Assembly (NCBI RefSeq): GCF_964204645.1
Contig: NC_134029.1
Coordinates: 14,936,950 to 15,000,949 of the forward strand
Direction of reading: 5' to 3'
DNA: 64,000 nt
From: Tubulanus polymorphus
Lineage: Eukaryota; Animalia; Nemertea
Below, piece after piece: positions 47,251 through 59,499 of this stretch. How positions within the stretch are numbered: position 1 is the stretch's first letter; each line of letters starts with the position of its first letter. A program made the translations under genes and the position numbers. The notes under the pieces are model-generated. The model searched no databases. It worked only from the letters and a program-made list of their open reading frames with translations, and was not told where the DNA came from.

Positions 47251-47340
47251 ACATTATTAGCTTTTAAATAATTAGGCCAATTAATAATGTTATAAAGACT
47301 TATGCTTTCGCCTATTTTGAAGTCGATTAATCTGATATAG

Positions 47341-47719
47341 TATGGAAGCGATAAAGGGCCTCGAGTTGTCGCGTTCAAACTCGACAAGTCGCCATATTTA
47401 TGTCGATATATCGCGATATATCGTGTCAAGTCCACATGAATATGTCTACATATCGTGACGTTTTCACGACAAATTTCGCTTATTTGCTCATTTTCCACGG
47501 ACAAGCCGTCATTTGAAGACATGTCTAAATTTAAGATGAGGACGCCAGTAATATGACGACTGAGTTTCAAGTCGTCATGAATATGTCGACTTGTCGCGAG
47601 GAAAGTGGTCGTGAAAACGAAATATGTCGTCAAAACGTCACGATATATCGACATATTCAATAATATGGCGACTTGTCGAGTTGGAACGCGTCATCTCGAG
47701 GCCCCATATCGCTTCCGTA
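47341..47719. mobile_element. Palindromic MITE
   Basis: TIR TA(C/T)GGAAGCGATA...GGCCTCGAG...CTCGACAAGTCGCCATATT; flanking direct repeat GATATAG; truncated second copy from 47816. Confidence 0.7.
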
Positions 47720-50411
47720 GATATAGTGTCGAATATTAAGGTCATTTTGGCAGATTCTTCTTTTTAAAAGTGATATTAAAGCAATCATTCAAGTGATCCT
47801 ACTTAATGAAAGATCTACGGAAGCGATAAAGGGCCTCGAGTTGTTGCGTTCCAACTCGACAAGTCGCCATATTTATGTCGATATATCGCATCAATTCGAC
47901 ATGAATATGTCGACATATCGTGACGTTTTGACGACTTGAAACTCAGTCGTCATATCACTGGCGTCCTCATCTTTCAGCAACGCCAGTCACATGGAGTCGT
48001 ACGTGTTCTACTTTCTGCGACGCGACACGATTGTCACAACCAACCGACGCGCTCTTGCGACTGGCAGAAACTAGTCGCACACAATCGTATTGCAAGCGAC
48101 TTGCATCGAAACTTGCGATGCAACGCGAGGATTGCATCGTGTCACAAGACCAACCTACGTCTGGCTTTAAGTTACTGCGGAGCACCAGAAATATCTTTTT
48201 TCTTCGTTCAAAAGACCTTTCGCTTGAAAATTCTTTCGTCGGAACAAACTTCATTTCGTTCGAACCAATAATATTCTATACAATTGAACCAATTTGAAAA
48301 AATCGTTAGAACAAAGTTGAACAAACTTTTTTTTGTCCAAACGAAAGGTTTTTCGTTCGAACAATCATTCAATTGAACAGAATCGTTTTAATTTGAACAG
48401 AATTTTCTTGTCAGAACATTAAGTTTTTCGTTCTAACAAGTATATTGAAAAAAGTTTTTTCTCCGAACCGAAAGTATTAAGTATTTCGTTCAATCGAACA
48501 GAATTGTTTTCATTCAAACATTCGTTCGAAAAAATTGTTTTCGCTCAACCAATTTTTTTTTCATTATTTCAACAATAACATAGCTTTTTATTCGAACACA
48601 TTTTTGTCAGAATGAAGAAAAATTTTGGTTCAAGCAAAAAGCGTATTGTTCGATCAAACAGAATTATTTTCATTCGAACAAGATTTTCTTGTTGGAACAT
48701 TAAGTTTTTTGGTCGAACAGCGTGTAAAAGTCGATTTGGAAATTTGCTCGGTCTGGTATATTTTGGATTACTGTGTATGCCATTTGTCAGGACATTAGAC
48801 AGAAGACGACTTAGGATACTACCTTGCGTGACTCCACTAGTTTGACCGACTTATTCCAAGATGAGGCGTTCCGTTGATTTCAGCTACAAGTTTTCGTTCA
48901 GAGATAACTGCTGAGCCATTTAGGCGACCTATCATTGATACTGTTTCCTAATAGCCTGTTTAGTAATGGCTGATTTTGTGCCTTATCAAATGGTTCGTCA
49001 AAATCCACCGTTGAACAGGATTCTAAGACTGTGCAGAAAACCCGTTATCGCTTCTTTGCAGCTATATTTATTATTATTATTTTTTTCCACACTTTTTTTG
49101 TCAAAAGTACATAGGCTTTTTTACATTACCGCTGTTGCCGATACAATCTGTCTGATATCATTCAGCTAACTTCGATCTACAAATACTCCGTGCGAATTTT
49201 GAAGAATCAACGTTACAAAAGCACTGTCGGGCCGTAAACATCGAAAATTGAGCCCCCATTCAAAGAGCCGACATGTTTTTCTAAGTCGTCTTTACGAAAT
49301 ATACCGCACGTTTCTTGTCACATCGATTATCAATTCAAGCATAAATTAACAAATTTATTACCCAGAGATTTGCACAGTCTGTCGCGGTTTTTAAAAACTA
49401 ATTTTAACAATAGCCCATTTTCCTCATCAAATCATATTACCGATATACAGGAAATTTACTACTTTAGATTTTAAAAGCACTGTCGAGCCGTTAACATCGA
49501 CGAATCGACGTGTGTCACTACATCGTCGTTCCGGGGATCAGCTGCGAGTTTCTCCTCATCATGAGAATCGAATCGAGTACAAATTAATTTATTACTACCA
49601 GTGAATTGGTTGCGGGCTTCAAGCATTTAGTTTAACAATACCTATTTTTCTTTACCAAATTAACCGTGTATTTACTAAGATAATCATAAGTATACCGGGG
49701 AGTCGTAGGCCTAGACGAAACACGCCGGAGAGATATAGCGGAGAAAAGCTGTTATGTCGACGAGGTATCAAAATAAAAGAATGTATTACTTTATTCGGCC
49801 GCGGGCTTCAACCTCTATATCAATACCATCAATACTCGATATTTCCTACAGTACATACCGATCATTGTCAAATGCACAAGGTATTTACTAAATACAAGTA
49901 TATAACACACTCCTTTCCGTATACTGGACTCGTCACATTCGAGTAAGCGTTCGCTGTGGGGGAAAGGAGATCGTTCGCTGTGTCGCTTGAAGTGTTTATC
50001 GAGTTTTACGTGGCTTTAGGCCTACCGGTACTGAGCTTTACTGTCTCAAACAAACACAGTATAATTGTTGCGTTTATTAACGGACTCATTGGATCGAACT
50101 TCAAAACAAAATTTACGATATTTAGGTGGGTTGTTATTCAATAGGCCTACGACCAATCTGTCCGGATGTTAGGCCTACACATATACATAGGCCTACATAG
50201 GCTAGTAGCCTCTACTAGGTTAAAGCTACCTTAAGTGCACTGTAAAGGAGGAATCAGATTTATTAAAATGCACGTTAATTAGTGATTAACTGGTTGTGAT
50301 TTGCAACTATCAATCACAATTATCAATTTTATTGCCAAAAATGAAGATTTTTTGAAATTGAGTTTTTTCATCATAAATGAAACTGGTATTTCATTGATTC
50401 CTAATGACTTA

Positions 50412-51005
50412 AGCAGGACGTAGTTCGACCTTGCGACGGCTTGTGACTCACTGCAACGCCAATCACAGCGACCGCCAGTGACGATTGTGTCGCAACGACT
50501 CATCGACCTACGCTCCCTTGCGAGGGGTTGCGACTTTCAGCAACGCCAGTCACAAGAGTTGCATGTGTTCTACTTTCCGCGACACGACTGACACTACCAA
50601 CCGATGCGCTCTTGCGACTGGCAGAAACTAGTCGCACACAATCGTATCACAACCGACTTGAACCGAAACTTGCGATGCGACCCGATAAGCAGGGCGTAGG
50701 TCGGCCTTGCGACGACTTGTGACTCACTGCAACGCCAATCACTGCGACCGCCAGCGACGATTGTGTCGCCACGACTCATCGACCTACGCTCCCTTGCGAC
50801 TGGTTGCGACTTTCGGCAGCGCCAGTCACAAGAAGTCGCACGTGTTCTACTTTCTGTGACGCGACACGACTGTCACAACCAGCCGACGCGCTCTTGCGAC
50901 TGGCAGAAACTAGTCGCGCACAATCGTATCGCAACCGACTTGCACCGAAACTTGTGATGCAACGCGAGGATCGCATCGTGTCACAAGACCAACCTACGTC
51001 CGGCT
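50412..51005. mobile_element. Harbinger/Tourist-like MITE with internal GCGAC/GTCGC repeats
   Basis: TTA|AGCAGGACGTAG...CTACGTCCGGCT|TTA; partial copy at ~47972-48166. Confidence 0.6.
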
Positions 51006-52245
51006 TTAAGTTACTGCGGAGCACCAGAAATATCTTTTTTTTCGTTCAAAAGACCTTTCGCTTGAAAATTCTTTCGTCTGAACAAAATTTATTTCGTTCG
51101 AACCAATAATATTCTATTCGATTGAACCAATTTGAAAAAATCGTTAGAACCAAGTTGAACAAACTTTTTTTTGTCCAAACGAAAGGTTTTTCGTTCAAAC
51201 AATCGTTCAATCGAACAGAATCGTTTTAATTTGAACAGAATTTTCTTGTCAGAACATTAAGTTTTTCGTTCGAACAAGTATATTGAAAAAAGTTTTTTCT
51301 CCGAACCGAAAGTATTAAGTATTTCGTTCAATCGAACAGAATTGTTTTCATTCAAACATTCGTTCGAAAAAATTGTTTTCACTCAATTTTTCATTTCAAC
51401 AATAGAATAGCTTTTTATTCGAACACATTTTTTGTCAGAATGAAGAAAATTTTTGATTCAAGCAAAAAGCGTATTGTTCGATCTAACAGAATTATTTTCA
51501 TTCGAACAAGATTTTCTGGTTGGAACATTAAGTTTTTTGGTCGATTTGGAAATTTACTCGGTCTGGTATATGTTGGATTACTGTGTATGTCATTTGTCAG
51601 GACATTAAACAGAAGACAACTTAGGATACTACCTTGCGTGACTCCACTAGTTTGACCGACTTATTCCAAGATGAGGCGTTCCGTTGATTTCGGCTACAAG
51701 TTTTCATTCAGAGATAACTGCTGAGCCATTTGGGCGACCTATCATTGATACTGTTTCCTAATAGCCTGTTTAGTAATGGCTGATGTTGTGCCTTATCAAA
51801 TGCTTTGTCGAAATCCACCGTTGAACAGGATTCTCAGACTGTGCAGAAAACCCGTTATCGCTGCTTTGCAGCTATATTTAGGGTTTTCTGTTACATCACA
51901 GAAAACCCTATTGAGATTCACGTGTTTCTAATTATTAGGGTTTTCTGACTTTCGTCGAAAACCCTTTTATAATTCTGTTGATTGTTATTATTATTATTTA
52001 CATATTTTCCACTTTTTTTCGCACATAAAATTCATCTCCTATCAGATTCGACAACTAACTGCTTCTAATTGAAATGTAGAATTCTGATAGTAATATAACA
52101 CGCATTCGCTCCGCGTAGATTATACCTATGCACTCTCCGTCCTATTTTAAACTTAAAATTACTTACTGAAAGATAACACCGGATGATAGTAGCAATCGCG
52201 ACTAGCCCTGTCGGGTACTCCCACTAACGATAAAAACAGCGTCCT

Positions 52246-52317
52246 GTCCTGTGGCATGGTGGATAAGGTGTTTGACTCCCAACTGAGAGGTCGAGGGTTC
52301 GAATCCTAGTGAAACCA
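52246..52317 (+). other. tRNA-derived SINE head or tRNA pseudogene
   Basis: A-box TGGCATGGTGG and B-box GGTTCGAATCC at tRNA spacing; acceptor stem does not pair. Confidence 0.55.
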
Positions 52318-55300
52318 TGCGTTATCACAGTACAGCGCCGGCGCGCAACAATTGTTTTATTAATGAAACAACATGGTGGTTGGTTGAAATCATTTTCGGC
52401 TTAAATTTATCGCGAGTTTTAGGACTTTAATGAATTTCACGAAACCATGATATCTAAAATGAGTCAATTGATTAATTCTATTCGTAAATCAATTTACGTT
52501 GGCTACATTTCCTGAAGATTTCGGGGTCAAATCAATGTGATATGGACAGAAATTGTAGGAATTTCCACACGGAATTTTACTTCCGCGTTCAGTTGACGAC
52601 TCGTATCGATGACAACGACAGCAGAGTTTATGTATTCATAGAACTATAACGGATATTCCGTTATAGTTCTATGATGTATTTTAAGGTGAGAATCCGTTAA
52701 CCAGGGAATGTATTAAATGATTTCTTTAATAATATGAGTATGGTAGCAAATGAGTAGGCCTACTCGGTGAAGCAATGATCATTGTTGGCTACTTACTTAA
52801 TGCCTAGCTTTTTTGGGGGATGCGCCTAGAATAGATTTAGGCCCTAAATATAATGGGTAGAGCCAGTCAGTGGAATGCCTTAATAGCAGCTAGTTATGGC
52901 CTGGTTTACACTGAATGTGCATGACAATTTATTTTGATTACTTTCTTTCCAGCTATTATTCGTGGAATGAACTGGGCACTACGGTCTTCAATTCCTTTGC
53001 GGATTCTTGCAGGAATATTAAACCACAGTGCGCAAATGTATGTTTAAAATTAGGCTTTTTCGACATTGACAGCCAAAGACGTAACTTAACACGCTAACTT
53101 AGGCGCAACTGTCTCAGATGCTGTAAGTACTTGACGCTTTGCGTAATTTTTTTTTGGAATGCAATATTTGGATAAGTAATCAGTCGTGCTAACGTACATG
53201 CAGAATTGGATTCATTGTAATTATGGGATGATAATTCATGGGCGTCACGAGTCCTGCGACATACCCTTGATATGAAGCTTTTTTAATGTTAATCATTGAC
53301 TTGTTTTGGAGTAAACTGAATAGCCCTAAAAATACCAATGCCACGTGGCTTGGTGTCTATGCTCTACGAGACTGTAGCAATAGATTTTCACAACAAACTC
53401 ATGATTTCAAATAGTCTCCTAAGATATCTATATATTATTTCGCTCCTTACCTAAGTAATTCTTACATTTGATTGCTTAATTACAGATGGAAAGAGGTCAG
53501 ATGGCATGAAAATCGACTGTGGCTAATTGGCGCGAGTAACCAAAATGCTTCAATCATCAGGGGTACAGAAAGTAGCCGAAGATGAATGAAAACTTCACCT
53601 TGATGATCATCAGTTGATTTTGCTATAATTATTTGCCTGGATATATCCTTCATTTCAAAATCTGATTTCAGTAGAAATTCTTTCAATAAAATATTTTGAA
53701 GATTGAATTTGAATTGATCTTAAAACCAGAGAAAGCATTCAGAAATTTAGAAAATCCTTGACTCATAATCAAATTCTGTGAAGTCAGTTAAGGTCTTTTT
53801 GGTCGAATCAAGCCGAGGGCTCAGGTGACTAAAACTCAATTCCTCACTGTCTTATAATGCCGTTTACACACTGAAACACTTTGGGCTGTGTAAGTGTTAT
53901 TTGGATAAGTCCACAATATAAAAACCGCCCTGCCCCGCTGCATCTGAGACGTCAACAAGTTAGACTGTATTGCTTCGATGACAAACTGACTCCTACGCAA
54001 GATGACCATCCAATTCAAATGTAAATTAAGAAAGAAAACAACAAAACTAGTTGCGTTGATCAACAAAAATAAATCAATAGTTTATTACAATACTTCAATT
54101 TCAAAATGAGGATAGGAAAAAGTGAACAATAAGTGTGCTTGCCATGCGTCTTTAAATATTTCCCAAGTATATGTCTTTGTCTGGCCACCACCTGCCTCGA
54201 CGTCAGACTTTTTCGAGATTTTCGCTAAAAATACGAAACAAGACAAAATTGATGGATGGGAATCATACATGCTACATTCACTTTTACTGCGAACATTGGA
54301 ATGAGCTAAAGCAATTTTCTAGGAGGAAAAATTGAGTCAAATGATGTTTCAAAATCTGGACGGGAAAAGTTTTACTGAATTGTATGGCTAATGGCAAATA
54401 CATGTTTATATTGATAAGGTAAATATCTGTATAAAAGGTTGTATAGCAACTTGAATTTAAGGATTAATGCAATAGGTCTCTTATTCTAAAAGACGAGTGA
54501 GCCATACTTACTAGATTGGTCATGTGAATCAACATCAAATTTAGAACTATCATCCAGTTTTAGTTTTCAATCAAAGACTAACATGAAATAAAGTACATAT
54601 TTTTCTGATAACAACCTGGAATGAATTAAAATAAATCTGAGGAATTCACCAAATTTCTGTATCGAACCCCTAATAGGGCCTATATAACCTATAGATTGAT
54701 ACTTACATACGACAAATTGACGAAGACACTTCATTTGACAGTATACAAACTCGCGGACAAACTCCCAAAATGAATCATGTCCTATTCACCTAGAATCAAA
54801 CAAAATACAACTAAAAAATTCACAATACAGATTTCGGTTTCGAATCCTTCAAATAGCTGTTTACTTACATGAAACGAATTATCAAACTACTTCTGCCGAC
54901 AGCATACCAACTCGCTGACAAACCCCCGAAATGAAACATGTCATGATAAACATCTTGAATTAAACGTAATAAAGCTACAAAATTTACAAAATGTCGGTTT
55001 CAAATCCCTCAAATAGCCTTACACTTACAAATAATGGATTATCAAACAACCATGAACTCCCACAACGCCACATGTCTTTGATAATCTACAGTGAAAACCT
55101 GGAATTAAATGAAATAAATCTTAAAATTCCGATTTGAACCCAACGTAGGCCCTCTCTCTACTTGTAGGCCTAAGATCTTGAAATAGGATAAATAATGTTA
55201 TGATGAAAGAGGCATAATGGTTCGGAAAAAATTGAATTCAATATGGCTCTTGGCCCGGCAAAGTTTGCTTTTGAAATATCCTTTTGATTAGGCCTAGTTA

Positions 55301-56317
55301 CACATTTTAAAAGCAAATTTCATTTTGCATCAAACTAAAAGCGGCTTTGTTGAGGAAAAGATTCGTTTGAGTCGTAAAATTTATAGCCTAGAACCAATTT
55401 CTTGGTCAAAGCGTGATGCGCAATTTTGACTGGGTCTTATTATTTCCACGTGGTAGTGGACAGAAAATTTGAATAGGCCTAAATAATAGAATAATCTTTC
55501 TTAGGTTTCATGATAAAGATGCAGCATTAACATAGATTAATGCTTATCTTTTACAATTAGGCTTATGTTTCAAAGGAAAACGCCCACAGTTGGTCGAACA
55601 GGGGTTAGGCATTGATGGTAGAGGGGCTGTGTGTGTGCTGAAACAGAGATAAAAATGCACGGGAACGAGTTTGTCGAGTGGAGCTTATTATTCCATCAGG
55701 GATAGTGTACTATAGTAATGACTAATGTTATTGTTATATATCAAAATATTCCTTATTAGTTCCGCTGCATCGCTAAAAACAAATTGAGATAGGTTTCCCT
55801 GCATTTTTTTACATATTACATCACTTACAACGATAAACGTCCGTCGCCGACTGAAAAATTCACAAAAACTTCCGCATTGAGAGCGCCACCGCACCAATTC
55901 AAATTGGATCGGAAACCCTCCAGCGATGCGCTCTATGATCTTTAGAACCTGTCTTTGCTGACTGGGAATAAGATATTTCTCAGCGCGAAGGGGGCGGGGC
56001 GCAGCGTCACCAGGTCCCGCTCCGCGAGGAAGCTAGATTTTCAAAGAAATGAGTGCACGCGACGGCCGTGACCACTTGTTAGTGACGTCATCAAGAATGA
56101 TGGCTCCGAGGATCGCCACATCACAGGTTACTGTGAATAAATGGGATTCGACCATTCAAAAGTTCAAAATGTACTTTCTTGTTTTGTAAAGCAAGTTTAT
56201 TCATGTCGTTATATAAAGCATTTTGTTTGAAACATTCTTTAATAATGTTTGTTGAATAACCATAGAAGCGATAACATTAAAAACCTCATTTTCTAATGAG
56301 TAAATACAGTTTATTAA

Positions 56318-56354
56318 CACGAACGTTTTCGGGATCATATCCCCTCATCAGGTG
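56318..56354 (-). ncRNA. Minimal type I hammerhead ribozyme in the Penelope 3' region
   Basis: Minus strand CAC-CUGAUGA-G-GGGAU-AUG-AUCCC-GAAA-ACGU-UC-GUG: core boxes, stem II, palindromic mini stem III, short stem I; followed by AATAAA. Confidence 0.7.
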
Positions 56355-56467
56355 AAATACAAGTGAATCAAATGATTAAACTACAGGTTTATATACAACA
56401 TAAGTTACAAAATTACAAGTGCTAAATTCTAAGCAAATTACAAACCAAGTATTTAATTACAAACTAA

Positions 56468-58893
56468 TTATTTGAATACATTTAGGATAAAGGATGAGCC
56501 GTTTTGAAATAATTGTTGATTTAAAGAGGGTCGTTGCGCTTTAATAAACAGGGCCTCCCTAATTTTACAGTCGAGATCAGATGAACCTTTGTCTAGAATT
56601 TTGAATTTGTTGTTACTGAATTCCTGATCACAAGTGTGACAAATTGCGAGATGTTGTCCAATCGCAGAAGTCTTTGATCTGTGTTCCTTAATCCTGATGG
56701 CCAAATGTCGTTTAGTTTTCCCAATATAGGAAGTGTTTATATCACATAAACAATTAAATTTATATATGACTTTAGCCTTCAGCGATTTAGGGGTAGCACA
56801 TTTCAAAGAGAAAAAATTCTTAATTTTGGTCGTAGTGAATGCACATTTCAAGTTGATTTCAAAATTCCTTTTAAATAGATATTTTAAATTTTCGGGCAAA
56901 TAGGATTGACGGGTTACCAATATACGGTAATGAAATGAATAGATCAATTCCATCTTCAACAGGTTTCGGTTGAGGTTCTGAGTTCTGTTTTGATTTCAAA
57001 AATCTATTAATACATTGATCGATGACATGAATAGGAAACGCATTAGATTTAAACAGATTTTTCAAGAAATTGATTTCTTCTGAAAAGATGGTCCAATCAC
57101 TGCAAATATTGTAGGCACGAAAAAGCATGGTATTGATGAGTCCTATTTTCCATTTATACGGACACATGGCGTTGAAGTTCAAAAGTAGGCCTGTGTTGGA
57201 AGCTTTCCTGTACACTCGAGATATAAAGTCACTACCGGTTTCTAACGGAGTTTGTATTTCGGTATCGAGAAAAGGTAATAGATTAGGACCTAGTTCAAAA
57301 GTGAATTTAAGGTTAGAATGGAGGCGATTCAATTCTTCAAAAAATAGTCTATAACTGGATACATTTCGAAATATGCCGAAAATATCGTCCACGTATCTCA
57401 GGTATAATGTCGGTTTGTAATTAGTTTTGGAGAGGAGCAAGTTTTCAAAATGGGCAAGACAAAAGTTCGCTAAGGTTGGGCCTAAGGGGCTGCCCATGGT
57501 GACCCCATCAACTTGCTTGAAAATACGATCATTGTACATAAACAAACCCGAAGTTGCGATTTTAAGTAATTCTTTGAATGTAGCCTGATCATATGTAGGT
57601 TTAGAGTCGGAAGCATATATATAATCGGAAACTATATCAATGGTTTCTTTCAATGGAACATTAGTGAAAAGTGACTCTACATCAAAACTTATTAGAATAT
57701 CAGAAGGTTTAAAAACGAATTGTTTCAGTTTTTTAAGGAACTCCCAAGTGCTATTTAACATGAATTTAGACGGTATATGTGGTTTAATGATTTTATCGAG
57801 ATATTTGGGCAGGTTATATTCAGCAGTGTCGATCATTGATACAACGGGTCGAAATGGAAAGTTATCTTTATGCACTTTGCACAAACCATATAATTTACCA
57901 GGTTGGCTACCGCTTGGGTAGATAGAATCAAATATTTCTGAACTTACATACTGTTTCACATGTTTTCTCAGAAATCCGCAGATTTTGGTTTCATTAGATA
58001 TGACAGGGTGATTCTTTCTCACATTTTTGATTTCAGTAAATTTACTTTTATCAAATACAATTTTATCTAATTTATCGAAATATTCGTTAGAGTCCAAAAT
58101 AACAATGCCGTTGCCTTTGTCAAATGAGCAGATCTTAATGTCCTTGTTTTTTCGAAGTTTTTCAATCGTACGGTAGAAACGTCGGTTCCAGGTCGAGCCA
58201 CATACTGATTTAGCGCTGTTGATAAATGAGATGGTCGCATGTCTAATACTTTCAAGGAAAGAGTTATTCACATTCGGTTCGCCGCCAGATATAGTCCTAT
58301 TTTTGTGGTAAACAGTTTTTTCAATACGTGATTTAAGGTCGATTTCGTTGATATTTTTCGGAAGAATGTGATGCTTTAAGCCGTAACGTAGTATCTCAGT
58401 TTCTTCTAGGGATAGTTGATAATTTGATCTATTGATTAAGCAATCCGGTGCTGGGTGCTGGCGCTGATCTTTCCACAAGTTTAAAAGCTTGCGTTCATGA
58501 CGTTGCTGTGTTTCCGAAGTTAGTTTCCTGCCTTTCTGGTTAAGTCTAGTGAGCCAAATGATTGTTTGAATCCAGGTCAATTTCTCGCATAAATCGGATT
58601 TGATTTTCTTCAATTTACTGTTGGTTTTAGATAATTCGGTTTTAACATTTTCGATTTGATTCTTCAAGATTTCGAGTTTGAGATTATCATTACTTGCATA
58701 CGCTCTCAGTTTCGGAGGTTTGAATAATAAAAACTTTGGGCAGATTCGTAATTCCATGCATCTTTGAAAGTAAGATAAATCCAAGCGTAGTTTAGTCCAT
58801 TTGAGATACAGTTTTTCACATTTGCGGAAGTCTTTGACGTACACATCTCTCTGTTTGATGAGTTTAAAGCCAATTGTCGTTGTGTAATTCCAT
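56468..58893 (-). mobile_element. Penelope-like retroelement: reverse transcriptase plus GIY-YIG endonuclease, frameshifted near 56890 and near the 5' end
   Basis: DKGNGIVILD, LYGLCKVHK, SFDVESLFTNVP, GVTMGSPLGP, YLRYVDD; VIYKFNC.C...YIGKTKR.L..RIKEH. Confidence 0.93.
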
Positions 58894-59499
58894 ACTACTG
58901 GTCACTGACATCAAAGTTTTAGTTTCTGTTCACATGTTTCCGCTTATAAATATCCAATTTGTATGTTCTATCTTTTAATACAGGCCATGTGATTAATTGC
59001 GTATCGCTCCATAAGTTTAAAAAGAGAGCACATATTTCGATATTGTTAAATGATTAACTACATTTTTTTCTGTCACACGTTGATTTTTACCCATCACTTA
59101 TAAAATTCAAATGTACGTGATGTATTCTGTAAGCTATGTAAGCTTGTTCTTAAAAATACACTATGAATTTTCAATTTGTACTGAACATAATAGTTTATTT
59201 TTCGTAAATAAAATTTATATTTTAATTAAATAATTTCAAAATCTTTTCTATGCCCTCTGCAACAGAAACTTACTAAGGACTATTACATATTCAGATGTAC
59301 GTTGATAATTGATTTCAATCGTCCCTTCAAATAATTATATGAACATTATTTCGGAAAATGCAGGTGGCGCACAATCATAATACATACAACTCATCAAGCT
59401 GACGAGTCGTTTCCGTAACCAATATTACAGACGGGTAACCATTCTACTCGACTCCACAGACAACTAAACGACCCGAGTAACCCCCAATTTGACTATAAC

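Larger units (their letters stand above)
35684..52010 (+). mobile_element. Head-to-tail cluster of Helentron-associated / DINE-1-like non-autonomous elements (HINEs)
   Basis: Recurrent 5' stem-loop TAGGGTTTTCTGT-N6-ACAGAAAACCCTA with (ATT)n microsatellite; 3' subterminal CAGAAAACCC plus hairpin GCTGCTTTGCAGC (36581, 36850, 44270, 49035, 51845); shared ~1.3-kb bodies. Confidence 0.7.

Noticed and set aside
41149-47267. Long ORFs (up to ~400 aa) of repeated VLSPATIHYFGFIARDNSLFWFYRPRQF, also at 60844-63998
   Set aside because: Translations of a 31-bp satellite that is stop-poor on one strand; they occur in all frames and are not genes.
52246-52317. Functional tRNA gene
   Set aside because: A and B boxes are present but the acceptor and anticodon stems do not pair properly; more likely a SINE head.
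59385-59420. Second hammerhead-like CTGACGAG/CTCATCA motif upstream of Penelope
   Set aside because: No correctly placed stem II and GAAA box.
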